This document shows, piece by piece, positions 54,890 to 64,000 of a DNA stretch of 64,000 nt. The stretch is from Eledone cirrhosa (Eukaryota). The position numbers and the translations under genes were made by a program. The notes under the pieces were generated by a model. It was not told the DNA's origin, ran no database searches, and saw only the letters and a program-made list of their open reading frames with translations. Location of the stretch: positions 252,278,001 to 252,342,000 of the forward strand of contig OZ024741.1 of NCBI GenBank assembly GCA_964016885.1. Direction: 5' to 3'. Position 1 is the stretch's first letter. Each line of letters begins with the position of its first letter.

Positions 54890-55439
54890 ACTCAGAGAAG
54901 TAATTTAACATATCAATATAGTTTCTCTGTTCTAGAAATCATGGTGGGGAGGTGTATATATATATATGAGATAGACTGACTGACTTAAGTTGGTCTGAAT
55001 TATATCCCCACCTAATTGAGATTTTGGCATAAGTTCAATATGTTAAATTACATCTGTGAGTGATATCTTCTCTGTATATTTTATCTGCTCATTGAGATGT
55101 CTAAGTATTAGCAGAAATAACCTTTGAATTGATATTAGCTACTCATTTATTGTAGTTGAGATGTTTTATTTCTGCTATTTCTAGCATCTAGCATCATTAT
55201 AAGCCTGTCATATGCTCCTAATATATATAGCGACATTTGTTCATTTAGTAGTTCAGCAAGACACGTTGGGAGCAATGGTGTTTTAGCAATGACAAGGTCG
55301 GAATACTTTATATTCAATATTTCCTCCTGTTCAAAAGAAATTTCTCCTGATAACAGAATAGTTCTTCTCATATTGAGTTGTATTGAGTTGTCCCAATAAT
55401 TAATATTGGTTTTCTATTCTAGAAACCATGGCAAGGAGG

Positions 55440-55493
<54 letters not shown>

Positions 55494-55560
55494 TTAGACT
55501 GACTTATTTTTAGTTGGTCCGACATATATCGCCCCTAATTAAGATCTTGGCATAAATTTA
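54890..55560. repeat. Diverged direct repeat of about 150 bp (54910-55040 and 55400-55560), each with an internal (TA)n
   Basis: TTCTAGAAA(T/C)CATGG..GAGGT..(TA)n..GAG(A/T)TAGACTGACT..GTTGGTC..CCTAATT..TTGGCATAA occurs twice. Confidence 0.7.
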
Positions 55561-55601
55561 AAGTTGTGTATATATTTATGTGTGTGTATATGTACGTGCA
55601 C

Positions 55602-55643
<42 letters not shown>

Positions 55644-56079
55644 ATATAAATATGTATATATATATATATGTATATATATAAAGAGAGAGAGAGGGCTGAA
55701 AGAGAGAGAGAGAGAGATGCTTATATATACATATGTACATATATATAAAAATATGTAAACAATCTATAGTAGAGTTATAGGAAGTTTAAATTTGTAAGTT
55801 AAAAGCATCAACATAGAAGAGAGAGAATAGACTACCATTATTCCATGGCACACATTAGTAGCTCATTAAATAAGGTATTCAGATGTCTTTTATTCTCTCT
55901 CTCTCTATATATATAAATGTGCATTGTGTATGTGTGTGTGTAGTTGAGTGTGTGTGTGTAGTTGAGTGTGTGTGTGTAGTTGTGTGTGTGTGTTAATGTG
56001 TGTGTGTGTGTGTGTATAAGGAAAAAGTAATAGAAGGGTTTGAAAAGTGCACCTGCTATATATATATATATATATATAA

Positions 56080-56540
56080 AATACACCCCGTCCCACCACC
56101 CCCACCCCCACCCCATCCACACCGCCCCCTTCTATGTAAAGTTATGTTGGTGCCGCGCCATCCAGGCCGAAACAAATGAGATCGTGTAGGTGTCACGACA
56201 AAAAAACACACAGTCCACGCTGTAATGTGGCCGTGTAGGCAACACGGTAAAAACCTCCCAGACCCACACTGTAAATGTGGTTGGTGTTAGGAAGGGCATC
56301 CAGCTGTAGAAAACCCGCCAGACAGTCCACGCTTTAATGTGGCCGTGTAGGCAACACGGTAAAAACCTCCCAGCCCCACACTGTAAATGTGGTTGGTGTT
56401 AGGAAGGGCATCCAGCTGTAGAAAACCTGCCAGACAGTCCTATGCGAGCAAGACAATCACTCTTGCCTCAAGTGGGACTACCCCCGTCCAAACCCATGCA
56501 AGCGTGGAACACGGACGTTAAACGTTGATGATGATGATGA

Positions 56541-56545
<5 letters not shown>
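56080..56545 (+). mobile_element. SINE-B-related repeat (3' part) with an internal duplication of about 110 bp
   Basis: Near-identical in reverse to 2490-2850. Related copies at 44770-45105, 40935-41225 and 49495-50000. Confidence 0.8.
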
Positions 56546-56584
<39 letters not shown>

Positions 56585-56965
56585 ATATATATATATATAT
56601 ATATATAGATAGATAGATAGATACCAGGTGCACACACACATATACAGATATATATATACCAGGTGTACGCATTTCTTCTAACTTTAATTCTATACCTAAT
56701 TGTGTATGGTTGACGGTATATTTAGTCGATTTCTATATGCTGTTGAAATGTTGGGTAGATATTCTATTGCGGTCGGCCACGAAGGGGCTGCTGTCATTTA
56801 TTTATCTAATATTTCTTCATAGGAGCCTTTAATCTTATAGCCTGGTCTAATTGATTTTTTTATGTGGTTAATTATTCTAATTGGGAGAGGAAATGGTGTA
56901 TATATTTTATCAAATTATTCTATGGACATACTTTATGATATATATATATATATATAAAGGATCTT

Positions 56966-56996
<31 letters not shown>

Positions 56997-57399
56997 TTAA
57001 AAGAATAGAGGTGTAACACACGAGTTGTGATATATTGGTAAAAGGAAGAGAAAATGCTGACAAATTGTTCCCAGTGAAAAATAGTTTAATTAGGAATAAA
57101 CATCACGGGCGCTCTATCTCAAAATTATTTTTGAAAAGCATTAGAAATACGCAACCAGTAAAAACTTAAAACTAAAACTGAACACTAACCAATACTTATT
57201 ACTAATTTTTACTTATTCCTAATTAAACTATTTTTCACTGGGGACAATTTGTCAGCATTTTCTTTGCCTTTTACCAATATATATATAAAGGATCTTTATA
57301 ACATGTAAAAAAAATTGATGATATATATAATTACAAACATATCTATCTATCTATATTTATATACATGTATGTATAATTATTACAGATAAATATATATGA

Positions 57400-58190
57400 A
57401 TGAGAATCATTAGTGTTCGGATAAATGTGGAAGTCAGACTCCGCTAAATGTGCATACAGTCACCTCTCCTGTTCATTGTCCCTTTACGATCTGAGTTCAA
57501 ATCCCGCCGAGGTTAACTTTGCCTTTCATCCTTACGGGGTCGATAAAATAAAGTACCAGTAATGTACTGGGTAATTGCTGGCCTTGTGCCAAAAGTAGAA
57601 ACAATTATTTACATGAACAGGATTGACAACCACAGCCAGGGTGGAAGTGGTTTCATGATTGGCAGATGTAAAATCAGTCGGCTGGAAGTTGCAGACAATG
57701 TGGTGTTACTCAACTTGACAGAAGATGATCTTCAACTTGCACTTCAGAGGTTTAATGTAGAGTGTTGCATGGCTGGAATGAAAATCAGTACTGCAAAAAC
57801 TGAGACACTCGTCCTCTCAAGGAAGCCTGTGCAGTGCATGCTACATGTGAATGGAGTTCCACTGAAGCAGGTAAAGGGGCCATGTAGAGCTACTACTTCT
57901 CCAAATTGAGAGCTCATAGCTCCGATACTATGGGCATGTGGTTAGAATGTCTCAGGAAAGAATCCCTGGACAGATTTTACGGACAAAACCAACCAGTAGG
58001 AGAAACAGAGATAGACCCTGAGCAAGATGGTTGGATAAAATCCATGAGCTTGGATGGTCACGCTTTGGGATCCCGACAAATCAGTTGGAGACAGTTGCTT
58101 CTGACAGGACCCACTGGAAGGAATGTTTTAGGACTCTGCCCCATGACCCTCTCAGGAATAAGTGGATGAAGAAGAAGATGATGATCATTA
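57400..58190 (+). mobile_element. RTE-like LINE fragment interrupted by a SINE
   Basis: SPLLFI-[SINE 57480-57607]-YMNRID..ADNVVLL..GMKISTAKTETLV, then a LRYYGHVVRM-like relic and a (GAA/GAT)n tail. Confidence 0.75.
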
Positions 58191-58234
58191 TCATCATACA
58201 TATTATATATGTTATGATACCTTATTAGTATACA

Positions 58235-58572
58235 TGGAGGCACATGGCTTAGTGGTTAGAGCATTGGCCTTGCAATCGAAAGGTTGTGAGTTCAATTCTC
58301 AGACCGGGTGATGTGTTGTTTCCTTGAACAAGACACTTTATTTCACATTGCTCCAGTTTACTCAGCTGTAGAAATGAGATGATAGGGACTGGGGTCCCTA
58401 TCATTCCACTGCAAAGTGGTCGTGGAGGTGCCACGGCAAAAAAGCACCCAGCACTCACTGTAAATGAGGTTGGTGTTAGGAAGGGCATCCAGCTGTAGAA
58501 ATCAAGCCAGAATCATTTCCGGTCCCACCCTTGCAAGCAGGGAAAAGTGGATGTAAAATGAAATGATGATGA
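58235..58572 (+). mobile_element. tRNA-derived SINE family B (CORE-like centre, RTE-like (GAT)n tail), full length
   Basis: A box TGGCTTAGTGG, B box GAGTTCAATTC, CCTTGAACAAGACACTT centre, GGTGTTAGGAAGGGCATCCAGCTGTAGAAA and (GAT)n end. Near-identical copies at 23195-23578 (-), 43620-44010 (-), 51130-51785 (-, interrupted) and 3985-4245 (-). Confidence 0.88.
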
Positions 58573-58672
58573 TAAGAGATGGCTGCATTAATGGACCAGT
58601 TATTTTCCTCTAAAAGCGTTTTTTCCGATTCTGCCCTACCTGTCCCTTCAATCTTTCTAATTTCTCATTCTT

Positions 58673-58708
58673 TCTTCTGACGAAGGATTAGTGTCCGAAA
58701 CATTAAGA
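58673..58708 (+). ncRNA. Minimal hammerhead motif of PLE type (second copy 38739-38774, - strand)
   Basis: TCTT-CTGACGA-A-GGA TTAGTG TCC-GAAA-CATT-AAGA. The other copy reads CTGAGGA-A-GGA CTAGCA TCC-GAAA-AGTT-AAGA, giving a joint consensus GAAACGTT. Confidence 0.62.
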
Positions 58709-59444
58709 CCCTTTTCCTGCTATTTCAAGTGTTAAACTAATATTAGCTTTCCATATACTGTATGGCTCTTTCTATATATAAACATTTATCTTTTCATTTA
58801 GTTACATATATATATAAAAATGTAAATATATATATATATATACACACACATAAGTCAAATGTAGAACATATATATATTATTGCTCTGGATAATATCTTCT
58901 GAGCTTGTTTATTGAGAAGCACATAATTCTAACATATTTAATATGTTACATTTGTATATATACACATATAGATATTTACACATGTATATTTATGCATGCA
59001 TATTTATACATGTATATACAGAAATAGCCGTCGAAACAGCTTGAGCTCTGCCGTTGGGGTCAAACATTTTCCTATTACCCACTCTACTACCTTAAGTATT
59101 AAGTACTCTGGTGCGTTATGGTCCATCTCGTTCCTTACCACACTTCCTTCATTACACATATATATATATATATATATATAAGTAGAAGGGGTATTTAATT
59201 TGTTGGAAATCCGACAAATATAAATATAAATGTTTATAACTGATTTAGAGCACTCAACAGCTCCTGGAATAAATATTCAATGATATTAAATAAATGGAAA
59301 CTATATTTATAAAACAATATTTATTTTCTTATATATATTTCAAGGGTACCAAAAGACTTTGGTACGCTTTCTTCAGATACCCTTGAAATATATATAAGAA
59401 AATAAATATGGTTTTATAAATATAGTTTCCATTTATTTAATATC

Positions 59445-59487
<43 letters not shown>

Positions 59488-60648
59488 AAAGAAAATGTGG
59501 TAAGAAACCAGGGAGACCATAACACACTAGAGTATTCGATACTTAGGGTAGTAGAGTGGGTAATAGGAAAAAAGTCGTGACTCTTTTCCTATATATATAT
59601 ATATTGTTTATTTTTTATAATTTTTTGGCTCTGTTGTATTACATTGAGCTATATCTTATACTGTCATTTTTTATAATTTTCCTATATATATATTGTTTAT
59701 TTTTTATAATTTTTCGGCTCTGTTGTATTACATTGAGCTATATCTTATACTGTCATTTCTATAATACGACGAGTGTGTTTTACTCCAACGCACTCTAGTA
59801 TTTTAATTCTTATATATATATAAATGTATATTTATATGTATGTGTGTGTGTGTGTGATTGTGCGTGTGTGTGTGTGTGATTGTGCGTGTGTGTGTGTTTT
59901 TCCTCTTTTAACGCATGTGCATATTTTAGTCTTCTGAGAAATTTAGTAGCCAGGAGTATGTTGGTTTGAACATTTTCTTTGTTTATATATTTTCTTATAT
60001 ATATTTCAAGGGTATCTGAAGAAAGCGTACCAAAGTCTTTTGGTACCCTTTAAATATATATAAGAAAATAAATATGGTTTTATAAATATAGTTTCATTCA
60101 TAAACAATCAGACCAAAATATCTCTTCACTGAATTGCGATGTTGTCTGGATGTTGTCTGGATGTTGATAGTTATCATAGTCAGTTTGTATACCTTAATTT
60201 ATCTTTTATATTGAGTTCTGTGAACCGTACTATCTTTAGTTAATATATTCTTCACCCTGGTGGTTTCACACCCCTATGATTTGAACATATGTATATATGT
60301 GTGTCCTTCTCCCTTTACCGTCTTATAAAAGGCTCAGATATTTTTTCCTTGAGCTAATTATAAGGGATTATAAGAGACTATTGTGAGTTTCACACATATA
60401 CATATTTATACATGTATATTTATACATGTATATACATACATATACATACATACAAATATATATATATTTCATATATCTATACACATGTATATACACACAT
60501 ATATATTTATACATGTATATTTATACATGCATATTTATACATACATATTTATACATATACATATACATATATATATATATATATACATATATATTTATAC
60601 ATGTATATTTATACATGCATATTTATAGATACATATTTATACATACAT

Positions 60649-60679
<31 letters not shown>

Positions 60680-62453
60680 CACATATATATATACATATAT
60701 GTATACATATATATATACATATATATATACATGCATATATATATACACGCATATATATACACATATATAAACACATATATACATATATACATATAGACAT
60801 ACATATACACATATATAAACATATACACATATATATATACATATATATATATACACATATATAAATACACATATATATACACATATATATATATACACAC
60901 ATATTTATACATATATATATATATACATATACATATATACATATTCATATATACATAGATATACATATACATATATACATAGATATACATATACATATAT
61001 ACATATACATACATATATTTATATACATTACATTTACATACATATATGCATATACATAGATATACATATACATATATACATACATATATGCATATACATA
61101 GATATACATATACATATATACATATACACATATACATACATATATATAAACACATATATATATCTATATTTATATATACATATATATATATACATATAGA
61201 GACATACATATATATATATACATATATATAAATATACATATAATATACACATGAATACATATACATATAAATATATTTACCTATATATATACATATACAT
61301 ACATATACATATATATATACATATATATATACTTATATATACATACATACATAAGTCAAATGTAGAATATATATATATATATATAGTTATACTTGGGGAG
61401 GGTCATATTTGTGTAATATTGCCAGAATTAATAACAGAACACACTCACTGGCAATATTACACAAATATGACCCTCCCCAAGTATAACAATATCTGTTTCG
61501 ACACACGATTTCATATAAAAAACCTCGCAAAACTAATTCATCGCTGCTATATATATATATAATAAAATGATTTTTTTTAATTTAAACAAAACAAAAGAAA
61601 AAGATAAAAATGAGATGTCCTACACGAGTGAAAGTATACGGAAAAGAAATCGAAAATGCAACTGAAGTCTTTTTAAGAATATTTATTTATTTCCTTTACC
61701 GGCTTCGCAGTTATTATGCCTGTCAAAAGTAGAATTGAGATAGAGGGTTTGTGGTTTATCTTGTATGAGATGTGAGTCAAACCACAAACCCTCCATCTCG
61801 TAATATATATACATATATATATATATACCAAAGGAAATGTGGTAAGGAACCAGGTGGACCATAACGCACCAAAGTACTCAATACTTAGGGTAGTAGAGTG
61901 GGTAATAGGAACGAGTAGGACCCCGACGGCTGAGCTCAAGCCGTTTCGACGGCTATTCCGGACTAAATAAAGTCCAGAATTAGCCGTCGAAACGACTTGA
62001 GCTCAGCCGTCGGGGTCTTACTGGTTCCTATATATATATATATATTAAAATGGTATCATAACATATAAAAAAAATTTGTATGATGATTATGTTTCTCTTA
62101 CATATATATGTATATAATATTTATATATACATAGATAGATAGATATGTTTATATATATATACACACCTTTTCCTTTTCATTGCATCCCCCTTCTATATTT
62201 CTACCTTGCTCTACGTCCTCTTCTTCTCTAAGTTTATCATATTATTTGTGGTATAAAAACACTGAGAGCTGGTGAATTAAATCACTGCCAATACTGGAAG
62301 TGAATAATCAAAACCGTAGCGGTATGTCATATATCAAATCTTATATTTTGTCTGATGAAAACATACTTAAACACCATTGTACCTTTGATATATGTATAAT
62401 AAAATATATATTTTGATTATGAGAATATTTTTCATTTATTAATATTTTGAATA

Positions 62454-62487
<34 letters not shown>

Positions 62488-62809
62488 ATACATATATTTG
62501 TCATATAAAAATGACTTCTAATGGACTAAAACACTTCCATTCAGCTGAAATTATCAAGAAATCTGCATTCCTAGTGATTTTAAATGAATGGACCCTTTGA
62601 AGTCATAATCAATACATACCTGCACTACTAACATAGCAGTGTGCCTTATTTAACTGCTTGTCCCTTCCATATAAAATATCTAGCAGGCATCGGCCTATTC
62701 TGTAAGGATGTGTATGTTATACACATCCCATTGCATAGAATAGGAAAACACCCCCTAATGTAGGAGTGCCCATCACAACTATGGCTACAATATAAATAAA
62801 TATACATAT

Positions 62810-62840
<31 letters not shown>

Positions 62841-62893
62841 AACCTATACATACATACACACACACATATATATATATAAACCTATACATACAT

Positions 62894-62935
<42 letters not shown>

Positions 62936-63033
62936 CTATACATACACACACATATATATATACACATTTATACACAAATACACACTTATAAACACACACA
63001 CACACATGTATATATATACATATATATACATGC

Positions 63034-63066
<33 letters not shown>

Positions 63067-63125
63067 TAAATATTATATATAAATATGTATATAAATATAT
63101 AAATATATTTATATATATAAATATA

Positions 63126-63166
<41 letters not shown>

Positions 63167-63490
63167 TCAGCCATGTTTAACATTGATTACTATAAAGATA
63201 TATTGTTATATTTTAATATCACACTACTACATATAGACAGATAATATTAACATGATAATATTCAATAAATATCCCTAACACAATCAGAAATATTCCTACA
63301 TTGTATCTATTATAGAAAATATTTGACTGAGAATTGATATATTGGCATGTATGTCATAAGTGAAACACCAGTTGAAGGAATTTTCTCAATGGTATAAGGG
63401 TCTTATATAAATTCATCCTTTACATTTTCCTCTCTTATGATGCTCATGAAAGATATATAAATATATATCTATCTAATTAGATATCTATGC

Positions 63491-63535
<45 letters not shown>

Positions 63536-63571
63536 ATTAAATAAATGGAAACTATATTTATAAAACATATT

Positions 63572-63634
63572 TATTTTATTATATATATTTCAAGGGTACC
63601 AAAACACTTTGGTACGCTTTCTTCAGATAAAATA
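63572..63634 (-). ncRNA. Type I hammerhead ribozyme motif, apparently intact
   Basis: TATTTTAT-CTGAAGA-AAGCGTACCAAAGTGTTTTGGTACCCTT-GAAA-TATATA-TA-ATAAAATA: perfect 8-bp stem I, long stem II, palindromic stem III, AUA triplet. Confidence 0.8.
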
Positions 63635-63734
63635 CAAAGTTTGTTTTATAAATAGAGACATACCCAGGAAAATCATACCTTATCAGTTGGGTATTCTCTG
63701 GATATGTATTCCAACAAATTAAATACCCCTTCTA

Positions 63735-63780
<46 letters not shown>

Positions 63781-63927
63781 CATATATATATCTTTATATA
63801 TATACATATATATTTTCATATTTATATACTTTATATACATATCTACATATATACGTATAATATATATATACATATATATATATGTATATATATTTTCATA
63901 TTTATATACATATCTATATATATATAC

Positions 63928-63974
<47 letters not shown>

Positions 63975-64000
63975 TATATATGCATATATATTTTTATATT

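Noticed and set aside
58235-58310. tRNA gene
   Set aside because: The A/B boxes continue into a multi-copy SINE body and tail, so this is a SINE head.

Overview
AT-rich, microsatellite-saturated eukaryotic DNA, most likely from an octopod (coleoid cephalopod); this is inferred from the protocadherin type, the SINE families and the extreme (TA)n load. There is one credible protein-coding gene: a minus-strand six-EC protocadherin with one large coding exon (ATG 48776, splice donor after 46350). About 17 kb downstream on the same strand lies an internally deleted protocadherin paralogue (about 28810-29666), nearly identical to the gene across the TM region. The rest is transposon debris: RTE, R4/Dong, CR1/L2-like and Penelope-like retroelements, a mariner, a non-autonomous Helitron, piggyBac- and Tc2/pogo-type MITEs, two tRNA-derived SINE families, and minisatellites. 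The most striking pattern is that many short unique islands between (TA)n tracts are long palindromes or dispersed repeats. These carry type I hammerhead ribozyme motifs (CUGAnGA..GAAA..UH with pairing stems) from several unrelated families, some apparently intact. All alignments and folds were done by eye and need computational confirmation.
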